Positions 1 through 12,974 of a stretch of 64,000 nt of DNA are shown here, piece after piece. Source of the DNA: the human T2T-CHM13v2.0 reference genome, Homo sapiens; assembly GCF_009914755.1 (NCBI RefSeq), contig NC_060947.1. One strand, given 5' to 3'. The notes under the pieces are model-generated. The model saw only the letters and a list, made by a program, of their open reading frames with translations. It had not been told where the DNA came from and did no database searches. How positions within the stretch are numbered: position 1 is the stretch's first letter; the number at the start of each line of letters is the position of its first letter. Made by a program: the position numbers and the translations under genes.

Positions 1-70
1 CACCAATGCACTCCAGCCTGGGCGAGAAGAGTGAAACTCCGTCTCAAAAAACAAACAAACAAACAAAAAA
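1..70 (+). mobile_element. Alu 3' end and (CAAA)n tail, cut by the window edge
   Basis: gcactccagcctgggcga...gtgaaactccgtctc followed by an A-rich tail. Confidence 0.95.
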
Positions 71-97
71 CACTTGAAGTCGGTTTTGTTACTGTAA

Positions 98-265
98 AGC
101 CTGGAGTTTGAATCCTGGCTCTGCCATAACAAGCCCTGTGACCTTAGATAAGTCACTTAACATCCCTGAGCTCCATTTGCTTTATGTATAAAATGAGGAT
201 AATAATATTCACCTCTCAACGATGCTGTGAAGATTGGGGTCATATGTCAAGTTCCTAGCACAGAG
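98..265 (+). mobile_element. MIR SINE fragment
   Basis: MIR core: tttgaatcctggctctgcca...tgtgaccttagataagtcacttaac...taaaatgaggataataat. Confidence 0.8.
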
Positions 266-1055
266 ATGGGCGCACATACTACTCACTCCTCAAAATGACA
301 GCTGAGTCACAATGCTGGCTGATACGTCTCAGCTTTCTATGGGCGACCAGGATGCTGCTCAAGCTTTACCCAGGGCCAAGAGCTCCCTCCTCTCTCCCTC
401 TCCCCCTACTTCCCCTGCTTGCAACCACCAATGGTGACCAGTAATGATCCAGATCATATCCAGACCTCTAAGGTAGCAAACTAATTGGTCCTGGTGGAGA
501 TAACTTGGACCACCCAGGCAGGCAGCTCAGCATGGATAGAGGCCACCTCAGTGGATGTTAAACATTAACAAAATCGTAGAGTGGAAATGCTGGCAACGCT
601 TTAATCAGAGCAGGGCTGGCGGGTGTTGAGACCATGCAGATGAAGTGCGGCTCAGAGCTTGAGGGGCTATAGCTTAGGTGGCACCGGAGGTGGTACCCTG
701 AGCCTGCCCTGAGCCAAGAAACGCCTCCATGCAAGGCCAGGGTGTCCTCTCTGGGGAGGAAGCCCCACGTGCTTGAAGGTTTCTTAAAATAGAGCCAAAA
801 GGGTTTCTGCTGCCAGCGCTAAGGAGCTGAGGGCTTTTCCCTCTCCCGCTGAAGGTTGTAATTCTCCTGCCATGATTCGGGTTCCCCTTGCCAGGACTGC
901 TTAGCATTACTGGCTGATCTGAAGGAGGCTTGGGGCCTTTGATGACACTGCCTGATGACTCAGAACTGAACGCAGCTTGGAAGCGCTAACTGAGCAGATT
1001 GTTCAGGGCAAGCTGGGGCTGTCTTCTGCCTTCTGAAGATCTATGGTTTGGGCCC

Positions 1056-1706
1056 TGTTATTGGCTAAATCATGTCCCCCACCACAATTCAGATGTTCAA
1101 GTCCTATGCCCTGGGATCTCAGAATGTGACTGTATTTGGAGACAGGACCCTTAAAGATGTGATTAAATTAAAATGAGGTCTTTATACTGGACCCTGATCC
1201 ACTATGTCTGGTGTCCTTATAAGAATAGGAGGCCAGGCACGGTGGCTCACGCCTGTAATCCCACCACTTTCGGAGGCTGAGGCTGCAGGATTGCTTGAGG
1301 CCAGGAGTTCAAGACCAGTCTGGGCAACATAGCAAGATCTTGTCTCTACAAAAAATTTAAAAATTAGCCGGGCATGATCGTGTGCTTCTAGAGTCCCAGC
1401 TACTCGGAAGGCTGAGGCAGGGAGTTGGAGACTGCAGTCTTAAAAAACAAAACAAAAACTAAAGCGAAAACAAAAACAAAAGAAAGAGGAGATGAGGACA
1501 CAGACGTACACAAAGGAAAGACCATGTGAAGACACAATGATAAGAAGGCCACATGCAGGCCAAGGTCAGAGGCCTCAGAAGGAACCAACCCTGTGACACC
1601 TCAATCTAGGATTTCCAGCCATAAGAACTGTGAGAAGATAAATTTCTGTTGTTTAAGCTTCCCAGTGTGTGGTACCTCGTTGCAGCAGCCCTCATAGTCT
1701 AATACA
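1056..1706 (+). mobile_element. MLT1 (B/C-like) MaLR solo LTR interrupted by an Alu
   Basis: TG...CA ends; ctcagaatgtgactgtatttggaga; gaactgtgagaagataaatttctgttgtttaagc. Confidence 0.85.
1231..1480 (+). mobile_element. AluJ-like element with right-arm deletions
   Basis: ggccaggcacggtggctcacgcctgtaatccc start, A-rich tail, approximate TSD aagaatagga/agaaagagga. Confidence 0.9.
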
Positions 1707-1891
1707 GGCTTTTACAACTCCGTTCTGTGCTTTGACCCTGAAAAAAGAAGAAGATGAAGGAGAGGATACTAGTTTGAAGTGATTGGCACTGATCTGTCTT
1801 CTCACACCTATAAACTGCTATATGCCTGGTATCTATTATGATCAGGATATATTTATAATAGACCACAGGAGCCGATTGTGGCTAATAGTGG

Positions 1892-2467
1892 TGAAACTGT
1901 CCTCACAAGGTTGACAAAAATTGCATGCCGGGTTCTGGACAGAAATATAGTTATCATTAAGCATCAGTTAGACTGCACTCTGGCCCACTTCCTTGTTGCT
2001 AAAAGTCCTGCAGCACTAGATACTGACCATTTGTCCTGTAGATAGGATTTCTGACTGTTTAAGAGTTGATTTGCATTCCCATCATTCCTACAGACAGGAT
2101 CTCTGACATTAGAATCATAAGGTTTTTGTTTAAGGATGACTTACGATGGTTTTCAGACCTTGAATTCCCGCAACCAGTTTGAAGACCCCCACAGAGGAAC
2201 AAGATCAGCACGAGAACAGAGTTTCTTCACCTTCTGGTCCCATGACTTCACTCTGCACTCTTCCACCAATCAACCGTCTCCACACTTTGGCCCACTCCAA
2301 AACCCTTAAGAATTCTAACCCCCAATTCCACAGGGAGATGGATTTGAGCTTCCCTTCCATCTCCTCATTCAGCAACCCTACAATTAAGCCTCTTTCGCTG
2401 TTGCAACCCGGTGTTTCAGAGCACTGACTTGCTGTGTGCATCGGGCAATGAACTTATTATGGTTACA
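1892..2467 (+). mobile_element. ERV1-class solo LTR (MER4-group, LTR8/LTR26-like; subfamily uncertain)
   Basis: tgaaac...ggttaca termini, about 575 bp, attaa poly(A)-like signal and U5-like 3' end. Confidence 0.7.
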
Positions 2468-3003
2468 ACAGCATCTGAAGACTAAACATTTTGGGGGACT
2501 CTCTTTTTAAAAATGAATACAAAATTACAAATACAAAACCTGCTATGAAGGTGAACGTTTAAATGAGAAAAGAAATGACAATTATGAAATTTAAAAGCTC
2601 ACAAAGACTTCAAACTTCACAAAATCCAGAAAAATATCTAGTGTTTTTACTAATTAATTGTCTGAAACACTTTTGTGATTCCTTTTTCTACTCTGGTGGG
2701 CTGTGCCGCTTTGATCGCCTTTTCATGTGATAACAATTTTAAAACATTGTTTTCTATAGAGACAATAGAAAGATCAGTCTTTCCTCCAGTGTGCTTGATC
2801 TCCTTTTTATAAAATTATTGATAGTGTTGTAAAGTTTCTTTCAGATTCACTAGTTGTCATTGGTAATTAGCTTCCATTGTGATGTATTAAGAGAGTGACA
2901 TTTTGAAGTAACTGTGGGTCTCCTTCTACTTTACATTTTTGACTACTACTGAGATACTTCTACCTTCCTATCCTATTTGAATTTTGGTATGATGAGTAAT
3001 TCT

Positions 3004-3005
<2 letters not shown>

Positions 3006-3035
<30 letters not shown>
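3006..3035. repeat. (TG)15 microsatellite
   Basis: Perfect TG run seen directly. Confidence 0.98.
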
Positions 3036-3038
<3 letters not shown>

Positions 3039-3596
3039 TTAGCATGAAATTAAGGTGCATATATTGTGCTGCAGTGCTGCATAATTGAATAATAAAATAA
3101 AAATTACTCTTATGCTACATGCATTGATGTGTTGATAAGCCTGTGTAGTTTTGACACTAGAGCACTTGTTTCTTCAGGCTGTTTTGCAGCAACATTAGCA
3201 ATTTTGCATTCCCTTTTTCCTTCTGGATTCACTGGACTCTGTCAGGACAAGATGCGTCAGATATGCTAAAATGCGATCTGAAACACTGGATGGATAAAAC
3301 TTGCCACTTTTCAAACAGATGCCACTTGTGTTTGTAGGACTGTTACAGTTTCGTGCCCTATGAAACACATGAATTTTGATAAATCCTTTTTTGTGCAAGT
3401 CCCATCAGAAAAGAAATAAAAATATATGGTGTGTTATTAATTGCATACACTGCATTATTGAGTCTATTCCTGACAGAAGCAAATTTCCATTTTGACTAGG
3501 AAGATTTTCCACAGATTAGCTCCTGGCTCCGTACATTTCAGGCTTTGTTTCTTCTGCTACCTACATATTTTTAGGGGCTGGGTGCCATAAGACACC

Positions 3597-4104
3597 ATGG
3601 AAGACTGTATTTTCCAAAATGGTCACGATCAGACCTTCCATCTCACATGCTCTTCTTATAGTGGGATATTGGTATCCCTCTCATTGAGGAGTGGGGCCTG
3701 TCTTCCTTCCCCTTATCTGAGTGGGTCTGTGATTACCTCAGAAGTGACACTATGTGACTTCCAAGGTGGTCATAAAAGGCAAGACAGCTTCCACTTGGCC
3801 CTCTTGGGACAATCACCCTTAGAACCCAGCCGCCATGCCCAGGCCCCACGGAAAGGCCACAGCCAGCTAGCTGAGGTCTCAGCTCACAGCCAGCATCAAC
3901 CACCAGATACATGAACTCGGAGCCTTCAGATGATTCCAGCCCCCAGCCTTTGAGCCACCCCAGATGATGCCATGTGAAACCATGAGAAGCTGTCCCTGCA
4001 AAGCCCTGCCTATTACAGATTTGTGAACAAAACAAATGACTGTTGTCATTTGAAGCCACTGAGTTCTAGAATGACTTGCTATGTCGCAAGAGATACGCAG
4101 GACA
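3597..4104 (+). mobile_element. MLT1H-like MaLR LTR
   Basis: tttccaaaatgg...gaagtgacactatgtgacttcc...aagccactgagtt; similar copies at 44967 and 55210. Confidence 0.8.
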
Positions 4105-4504
4105 GACACATTTATGTTATGAAACAACCTTTGGCACGCACCTTCAAGTCACAATAGTGGGCAAGTCAGCCCAGAGGCAGTAGGAGAATTCCTGAAGGCT
4201 ATTTCTGCACTGCAATGTGTGATGGTTAGCATCAATTTTACATGGAAGTGGTTGCAAATCCCTAAACAAAAACTAATTGTATCCTCACTTTCATTTCCCC
4301 TTAGCCAGAACCCAAATATGCCTGCAGCTGCTCTTGCACCATCTGACCCAATGGGAGGTGTGTTAGAGGGGAAGTTAAACTGGAAACAGATGGTGGTCTG
4401 TACAAAACCTTACTACCCCTGAGCCAAGCTTGGAAGGGGCCAGTGTAAGTAAGGGACCTGAAGCTTAAGCTTTATTAGGTTCGCAGTAAATCCACTTCTG
4501 TAGC

Positions 4505-4632
4505 CAATATTTACTGAATGCTTACAAGTGCTATGTCCTGAGCTAAGCTCTTTACATGAACAGTCATATGTTTTTAGATTATGACCCTCTGGGTAGGTAT
4601 TATTCTTATCCCTATTCTACAGATGAGAAAAG
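4505..4632 (-). mobile_element. MIR fragment
   Basis: ggtaggtattattcttatccctattctacagatgagaaa. Confidence 0.7.
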
Positions 4633-4805
4633 AGAAGCCCAATATAGGTTTCTGTTAAATCATGAATAATCCAATACATTTGGCATGTATTTATTGGGCA
4701 CTTGATTTTAAAACCAATAACTATTTGTGTATTATCTTAATTGTACAAAGGATATGCAAATTCATTATGGATGTTATACTTACAACAACACTCCAGGCAC
4801 AAATC

Positions 4806-5095
<290 letters not shown>

Positions 5096-5559
5096 GGCAC
5101 AAATGTTATGTCCATTTTGTAGAGATGCAAACTGAGGCGAGGCACTGAATGGAGCTGTGATGAAGACCAAGATGCATTCCTCAATCTTGGGAGTCTGACT
5201 GCCTCAAAAAGCTAAGAAATGCTTTTAATTTGGACAAAATAACCAAAGACACTGGAGATGTTAGTGTCACATGAGGGAGGAGCCCTGGAGCACTGTGGGT
5301 TGGGCAAACAGGCCTTGAGGTAGAGTCTAAGAAGTGGCCCTCCACTCATTTGAAATTTGAGTATCGCCTTAACATTTCACCTAGTAAGGATGTATTTCCT
5401 CTTCTGGAGGACTAATGTGGCCTCTTCGGGTAAAATCATGGATAATTAACAAACATTTACTGAGGGCCTTTTGGGTATAAGACGCAGAGCTAGATTCTAG
5501 TCTTATCTTTGAAGAGCTTTAAGTCCTGCTGAGAAGAAAAACCAAGTAACAATAATAAT

Positions 5560-5765
5560 GTTAACCACCACTCCAATTCTTTGAGAATCAGTCACCCTGC
5601 TAGGCATTTTCCCCCTACATTATATGTTCAAGCCTCAAAACAATCTTGAGGAGATGAGCATTATTATTCTCCTTTTTAACAAGAGAGAACTGAGGGCTGT
5701 GAGTTGCCCCAAGTCCACAGTTAATAGTTAGCAGAATTGGGATTTGAAGCAAAGACTTGCTGTTT
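5560..5765 (-). mobile_element. MIR fragment
   Basis: aactgagggctgtgagttgccccaagtccacag...gcagaattgggatttgaa. Confidence 0.7.
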
Positions 5766-6084
5766 CCCTGTCCATATGCCTTTCACTCTGGTTAACGCTA
5801 TAGAGTTATAATCTAGAAAAGGTCCAAGAGATGTCATGGGAAGCCAGAGTGGAAAAAGCAGGAAGGCATACAGTTGGGAGTCAGAGACATTTCCACAGAG
5901 AAGGAATAACCTCAAACACAGAAGGTGGGGCCAATTTATCTGGGCAGAGAGATGTAGAGAGGACATTTGGGGGAGTAGCATGAACAAAGTCAGAGATTGA
6001 CAGGACATTGGGGTGGTGCACAAGAGGGGGCTTGAGCAGAGGGTGTATAGCAATGATGAGAGATGATTTATTCCTATGCATGTG

Positions 6085-6520
6085 ATGGTTTTTTAAATAC
6101 TATTATACAATGATGTGTTTTTATTTTCCAATTTTTTCTGTTGCTAATATATAAAAAATGCAATTGGTTTTTGTATATTCACCATGTATCCCATTACTTT
6201 GCTAAATTCATCCATCAGTTCCAGTGGTTTGTTTGTAGATTTCCTTGAATTCTTAATATATATGATTGTATCAGCTGAGGACAATGACAGTTTTATTTCT
6301 TTCTTTCCAATTTTTGTTTGTTTCTTTTTCTTGTTTTATTGCACTGGCAAAGACCTCTAGTACAATGCTGAATAGAAGTGATGAGAATGGAGATCTTTGT
6401 CTTATTCCTAATCTTAGAGTGAAAGCAGTCTTTTATGATATAAGCTGTAGGTTTTTTGGTAGATACCTTTTATCATATTGAAAAAGTTCTCTTTCATTTC
6501 TAGTTTGCTGAGAGGCTCTA
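6085..6520 (-). mobile_element. Old L1 (L1M) ORF2 fragment
   Basis: gcactggcaaagacctctagtacaatgctgaatagaagtgatgagaatgg is antisense L1 RT-region sequence. Confidence 0.85.
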
Positions 6521-7064
6521 TCCTGAGTTAGCCAAATCTTAAAATTTATAGCCTGTTCCCAGTTGTGCTGTGGGGATTAAGGAGGGTGGTAACTTTTTAT
6601 TCATCTGTGGAGTATTTATTGACCTGGGTCAATGTTCTCATTTGGGAGACTGGGGAAACAGACAGGAATAGTCATCAGCAGAATATGGCCATGCCCAGTG
6701 GAGTGTAGACCTCCCAGGGTCAGTAGCAAACAGAGAGCTGCATGGTGACTAGACAGGGCAGAGCAGAGGGACCATAGAGATTGGTTCCAGGACACAGGTA
6801 AGGCAGTACCATAGGGAAGTCTAGAAACAATTGGGGGATGTGGGAAATGGGGATGCTTCTTCCAGCAAGAAGGCCAATGGGGGCTCACCATGATCACTGG
6901 GTTTAAAAACCAAGTGTAATTATATTACAATTTAACTGGGTAGAGGAAGCAGTAGTTCATTCTACTTTGGGATGTGAGAGAACTTTTTTTTAAAAAAATT
7001 AAATTTTAAAACATAGAAGAAAGTTGAAAGAATAGTGCAAGGAAACCTGATCACCTTCCCCACC

Positions 7065-7463
7065 TACTATGGTTTGCATGTTTGTCTCTTCCAACACTCA
7101 TGTTGAAATTTAATTGCCTTTGTAATAGTATTAAGAGGTGAGACACTTAAGAGGTAATTAGGCCATGAGGGCTTCACTGTCATGGTTGAGATTGGTGCCA
7201 TGTTCAGGCTCTCTCTTGCCTACCCTTTGCTCTTCCACTCTTCTGCCACATGAGGAACAATGTTCCTCCCCTCTCCTTTGGAGGATGCAGTGTTCATGGT
7301 GTCACCTTGGAAACGGAGACAGGACCCTTCCCAGACACTAAACCTGACAGTGCCTTGATCTTGGACTTCCCAGCCTCCAGAACTGTGAGAAATACATTTA
7401 AATTGTTTATAAATTACTCAGTTTGTGGTATTATGTTATAGAAGCACAAAATAGACTAAGATA
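7065..7463 (+). mobile_element. MST (B/C/D-like) MaLR solo LTR
   Basis: ctatggtttg...ctcatgttgaaatttaat...ccttgatcttggacttcccagcctccagaactgtgaga; 5-bp TSD ccacc/ccatc. Confidence 0.85.
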
Positions 7464-7524
7464 CCATCCTACTCCATATTCAACAACTGCTAACATTTTG
7501 CCACATTTGCCCTATCTCTTTGTA

Positions 7525-7603
7525 TTAGGTTGAGTCAGATGAATTGCCTTTTTTGTTTGTCAAAAATGTTTGAATATCAGAAATTTCACATGGATTAACC
7601 TAA
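7525..7603. mobile_element. MADE2 mariner MITE
   Basis: About 80 bp with ttaggttga...taacctaa inverted termini after a TA. Confidence 0.75.
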
Positions 7604-7762
7604 CATATAAATACTTTGTTTTTGCCAAATCACTTGAAAGTTGCCGCTATCGCTATACTCCACCCCTAAATACTTCTACATACACCTACTAAGAAGAGGA
7701 ATATTTTCCTGCAAAACCACAATACCATTTTCACATTAAGAAAGTTAATACTACCTCATACA

Positions 7763-8317
7763 TGTGGTAGCCAGTCTCCAAGGTGGCTCCCAGTGGTCCT
7801 CGCCTCTTGGTATTCATACCCTTGTGGATTCCATTCCTACAGTGAATAAGGCTGAGCTGGGTAACTAATAGGATACTAAGGAAAGTGATGGAGTGTGATT
7901 CCTGAGGCTAGGCCATAAGAGACATTGTGGTTTCTTCCTTGCTTTCTTGGCTCTCTCACTCTGGGAAAGCCAGCTGCCATATTGTGAGGGTACTCAAGTA
8001 GCCTATAAAGAGGCCCATGTGGCAATAAAAAACTGAGGCCTCCTGCCAACAGTCAGAACCAACTTGCCAGTCATGTGAGAGAGCCATCTGGAAGCAGATC
8101 CTCCAGCCCCAGTTGAGCTTTTGGATGGCTGCAGCCCCAGCCTACATCTTAACTGCAACCTTATGGAAGACCCTAAGCCAGAACCACCCAGTCAATCTGC
8201 TCCTGGGTTCCTGATCCATGGAAACTGGATGATTTAATAAATTGTTGTTGTTTTCAGCCACTGAGTATTGGGGTAACTAGTTACTTAGTAATAGGTAGCA
8301 ATTCAATAGCTAATACA
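7763..8317 (+). mobile_element. MLT1F-like LTR
   Basis: tgtggtagccagtctccaaggtggctcccagtggtcctcgcctcttggtattcatacc start; taataca end. Confidence 0.85.
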
Positions 8318-8549
8318 TCATCTAACATCTAATTCACATTCAGATTTCCCCAATTATCTCCAAAAGTGTCTTGGAGGTTTGGGGGAGATTTTTAGTTTTG
8401 TCGGGGTGTGGCAATCAAGGTTCACACACTGCACTTTGTTACTATGTCTCTATAGTCTTAGTGTCTGGGGTGCGGAGTACTTGTATGAGTGAAGGAAAAG
8501 TAGAACTGACCCACATGTGTTAGGAACACCAATGTACCAATGTAACGTA

Positions 8550-8655
8550 GGATTAAATAACTTGCCCCACATCATACAATGGTAAGTGGTGGAGCTAGGA
8601 TTTGAACCCCAGCTGTCTGGCTCCAGAGCCCATGCTTTTAACCACTACACCATTC
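8550..8655 (-). mobile_element. MIR fragment
   Basis: ggtaagtggtggagctaggatttgaaccccagctgtctggctccagagccc. Confidence 0.8.
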
Positions 8656-9172
8656 TATCCAAGCCATAGAAATATTTGCTACAGCCTTTTGAAAGAGGTC
8701 TAGAATGGTTCAGAAACAAGATTGAAAAGGGATAGAAAACACAAATCCTGTAAGAACCATTAAAAGGAATTCTACTTTATAATGTGGAGGAATTGTGGGG
8801 AGAGTAGTTAACCATCTCATTGTGTATATAAAACAAAAAATGTTGATTGGTTTCTCTTCATCTCTGTAAGGGACATAGCTCTATCAGAGGAAACACTGCT
8901 CAGCCACATCTACACAGTCTGTTCATGGTGAGGATGAGGAGCCACATAGCGCTGGGACAGGAAAGCTGTCTGGGTAGGATGATTAAAGTCTCATGTCCTG
9001 GCAGTAGAAAACTGAACTCTATAATCTCTTGGGGTTCTACTGAACCAAAGGATTTCATAAGCTTTTGTGGCCACTTGTGACTCATTGCTCCCCTTCTATC
9101 TTCCTCTAGCAGGCGCTGTTGGTAACCCACCTACCAACACCGCCTCCAGCGCTCATCTCTATACTCTGACAG

Positions 9173-9378
9173 CTGTGCTGTCCAATAGCATTTTCTGTGA
9201 TGATGAAAGTGTTTTGTGTCTGTGCTGTCAAATATGGTAGCCACTAGCCACATGTGGGTATTGAGTGCTTGAGATGCGGCCAGTAGAGTGAGGAACTGAA
9301 TTTTAAATTTTATTTAATTTAAATTAATTTAAATTCAAATAGCCACATGTGCTAGTGGCTACCTATTGGACAACACAG
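9173..9378. mobile_element. MER3 hAT-Charlie DNA transposon
   Basis: TIRs ctgtgctgtccaatag / ctattggacaacacag; internal tagccactagccacatgtgg. Confidence 0.88.
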
Positions 9379-9394
9379 AACTTCTGAAGGGTGT

Positions 9395-9741
9395 TTACTG
9401 TGAGCACCTGCAACTGTTTGCCTGAGGGCTTTTTTTCTGGCCCAGGGAGCATCCCTGCCCCCAGACTTGGGCAATTTGGTGAGTTAAAGAGCCTCCTCCT
9501 AGCAGCCTCCCCCAATCAACAAACTGATAAGGCGGCTCGCTTGACTGGGGTCACTCTGAGACAGCTTCACTGGGTCCTAGAGTTCTCCCCGTGGGACCAA
9601 GCCCCAGTTGCCAACAGTGGTAAATGACTTGATATTAATGACCTTGTGTTGGTGGTGGTACCCTTCTGTGCTCCCTCCCAAGTGAACTACCTACACTTGA
9701 ATCTCTCAGGGTCTGCTTCTGCAAGAACCCAAACTAAGACA
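9395..9741 (+). mobile_element. LTR16-family (ERVL) LTR fragment
   Basis: gcctgagggcttttttt...cagttgccaacagtggtaa...tctcagggtctgcttctgcaagaacccaaactaagaca. Confidence 0.75.
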
Positions 9742-10401
9742 GGACTGCCCTCAGCTAAGCCCAAATGAAAGAAACAAATGCCCAAGGCATTTGTACCTCT
9801 ATTTACATACACGGGAAACATGATCGGATCTTCCTTTGCTTTTATTCTCCTTGGAATAGAACTGACATGCAACTCTGCCTTGATGGTGACAACTGCTGGG
9901 TACAACTCCATTTGCCTTGAGGACCCCAGGCTGGAAGGAAGCCCAGGATTTGACTGGACCCAACAGAGTCCCTCTGCTCCCTGCCAGGAGAACATGGATT
10001 CTGAGAGTGTAGGCGGAGCCTCAGTTTCCAGGTTGGGTTTTATCTTCAAGGTCAAAGTGAGGCTTGCTGAGGAGGCAAGCTCTCTGGGGAGGGTAAGAGC
10101 AAAGCTGTGTGGAGTCAGTCTATTGGGAAGGGTGGCTGGCCTAGGTTTGCATTTTATTTTTAAACCTTTTCCCTCAACATGTCCTGTATCAAGGAGTGAC
10201 TCAGCCATGAGAGGAACATGTTTGAAAACTTTCAAATCAAATAAGCCTCCTTTATTCTGTCTCAGCATCTCTCTCCCCACCTGACCCCATCACTTCATTG
10301 ACTTCCCTCATGTAATAATGGGCAGTGGGCTCCCAGTAGCCCTCTTGCAAGTAACCATGCCTATTCACATCTGTCTCAGGAATCCTGAGGTCAGAGATCT
10401 T

Positions 10402-10710
10402 TTCTTGTTTTTTCTCTTCTTTTAGAGATGGGGTTTTGCTTTGTCACCCAGGCTGGAGTGCAGTGAGTGGCACTATCACGGTTCACTGCAGCCTTCATCT
10501 CCCTGGCTCAAGCTATCCTCCCACCTCATCCTCTAAAGTAGCTGGGACTAGCAGCGCACACCACTATGCCCAGCCAATCTTTTAAAATTTTTTGTAGAGA
10601 TGGGGTCTCATTTTATTGTCCAAGCTGGTTTTGAACTCCAGGGCTTAGCTGATCCTCCCGCCTCAGCCTCCCAAAGCTCTGGGATTACAAGCATGAGCCA
10701 CTGTGCCTTG
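10402..10710 (-). mobile_element. AluJ
   Basis: Diverged full-length antisense Alu. Confidence 0.92.
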
Positions 10711-11781
10711 AAAATAGGGCTTGTCCCTTCCTTCCACTATATACAGATATGCACCCTGAATGAAAGCATTTCTTGGACTTAAGTGTTTATTGCCCTGTAT
10801 TGTACCCCTTGTGAAGAGAGTTTCTTATAAAACTTTGTTGTGATACACCACTCCCCCTTGCTTTCTTGTAGTTTATTTTTTCTAGACAGTTCAGCCAATG
10901 GGCTGGAGCTAATAAAAGTGATGGTTTTTTTCTAAAGGATCAGGGCAGTCTGTCAGACAGGACTGAGTGACCTTGGAGAGATTTCCTCTGCCGCTTCACC
11001 CAGAGTGTGTGCAGTTCTGGGGACCCAGTGATTACCTGAGGGTGGAGGTTGAGAGAGAGCTTCTTTCTCTGACAGAGGGGCCCCCATCCCTCTGGCTAAA
11101 GAGCTGACTGACCCACCGCAGAACACACTGCCAGGGCTGAACGTGGAAAATTTGGAGCTGGTGTAATTGCTTATGTAGTTTTAATTGCTCATTCATCATG
11201 CTAACAGGCCCAGAGTGCTGATCGTTTGCAACGTGCTCAGTAATTAAAAGACCAGGGGTGACGTAGGGTAATGGGGAGTGGAGGAGTAAAATGAGGTGAC
11301 CAAAAGCCAAACCGTATAGCACAGGAGGAAAATGGGGAGATGGCAGCCTGTCTCCTTCCTGACACCAAATGAAGCGTTTTCCACACTAGCATTTCACGAT
11401 TGTTGGTTTTAACCAGGAACAACATTGCTCTCAGCTTCCTAGGAAGAGAACCGGTCCCTTGACAGCCCTTTTCAGTTTGCAAAGCACTTTCGCCCACAAC
11501 GTTCCATTTACTCCTAGGTGGTCCAGGGAGTTCCACATGCTTTGGGGCCCACAGTTTTCAGGTGAGGAAAAAGAGGCTCTGTAAGGTCATTTGCCCAAGA
11601 TTATTAGCAACTGACCACTGGTGGAGTTGACACACAAACTCACCTCTTCTTTAGGGACAGCGAAATATGGGGTTTTCTCTTGGTTTTATCAACATTGCCA
11701 CAGTAGTTGGATTCTGGAGTGAATACCCAATGGTCTGGGAGGATTTACAATAAAATGTCTATTCCTAGACCCCACAGCAGG

Positions 11782-12237
11782 TGTCTTGATTTGGGTTCCT
11801 TCCCCCAGAAGCAGATCCTGAGTCAAGGATTTGAGTACAAAAAGGTTTATTTAGAAGGCGAAGGAAATGCTGGAAGGGTTGGGGGAAATGAGACACGGAA
11901 GGGAAGGCAGAAAATAGACGGCACATTATCCAGCAAGTTACCTCTGTAGGCAATAGGAGCTTAATCTCATTGGGAATCTCTAGGAGACAGAACAGAACAT
12001 GCCTCACAGTGATCTCACCTGCAGGGTGAGGGAGCTGCGGTATTTACATTCTAGGGAGGTGGGGTTCTTAATTCTCTGTCACTGTCACTTTCAGCCTTCC
12101 CTGCAGGGCAGAGCAGGCTCCAGCACCCCCTCCCCAAAAGTCCTCAGGCAAAAGAGATGCAGATTCTGGCATTTGTAGGTTTGGCTGGTGCGGAAGGCCC
12201 CCAGGGATCCAGACAGGATGGAGACAGTGTCTCTACA
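11782..12237 (-). mobile_element. LTR16A-like LTR
   Basis: tgtcttgatttgggttcc...cagaagcagatcctgagtcaaggatttgag...gtgtctctaca. Confidence 0.75.
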
Positions 12238-12974
12238 GCAGGCATCTGCCATACTGCCTTAAGGGAGGCTCCTGAGTGCCCCTGTCCGCAACCAACTGTG
12301 ATATTCATCTGCCTTCACTGGTGGCTCAACTGCTTCTTGAACAATTCGCAAGTTGAAATAGTGTTCCCCTAGGGGAGTTTTCTGTGCATTTATTTTCCTT
12401 CTCGTGTCTTCTTACCCTCCCACTAAAGGGGAAGATCCCCTCGCCCCAAAAGCCAAAGAGGAGTTAGTGACTGTTACTGCGAAGAAGGCAGTGGGTAAGG
12501 AGGGATGCTAAGGACAACTGGAAATCTGTGATGTGTGCCATTCATTTCATCCACAATTCAGAGAGCATTGTTCTTGTTCCCGGTAAAAGACACAAATAGA
12601 TGATGTTGACATGTACAGCCTCCTCCAGAAAGTGGGCCCAGGATTCTGCCCAACTCCTGGCTTGATGACTGTATTTCTACAACTTTCTCTTCCACTCAAG
12701 AAAGTGCATCAGAAGGCAAACGAGTGTGAGCCATGTTATGATAGGGATAACTTTGAATGTATTCTAATTTATTTAGGCAAATAAATTGAGATTTTTGTAT
12801 TTTATTGATCATAACAAATTTTGGGGGAGGCAACTTAGCTGATGCGGACACAGTTGTTGAGAACTACTATTCTATACCATCAAAAGGAAATGTGTTTGCT
12901 TGTTGTGCATCAAGGGCAAAAAACTCCCTGGAAATAGCTTATGTGCATGCATGGCTGGCTTTCCATCTGTTGAT

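Larger units (their letters stand above)
2468..4500. mobile_element. Degraded hAT-Tip100 DNA transposon (Zaphod/MER115-like), interrupted by an MLT1 LTR
   Basis: Right end gggccagtgtaagtaagggacctgaagcttaagctttattaggttcgcagtaaatccacttctg resembles the Zaphod/MER115 terminus; AT-rich interior. Confidence 0.5.
6985..8460 (-). mobile_element. L1ME-type 3' UTR fossil split by MST, MADE2 and MLT1F insertions
   Basis: agaaaagttgaaagaatag...taacattttgccacatttg...cacccctaaatacttc...ttcagatttccccaatt. Confidence 0.65.

Noticed and set aside
9687-10284. Overlapping antisense ORFs of 197 aa (-) and 168 aa (+), the longest in the window
   Set aside because: No recognisable domain. The longer one starts at GTG and runs into an LTR16. 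The two frames are in the register where stops co-occur (TTAA/CTAG), and about 200 codons is near the chance maximum for 64 kb.
11182-11194. 13-mer TAATTGCTCATTC shared with 47379-47391
   Set aside because: Tens of 13-bp matches are expected by chance within 64 kb.
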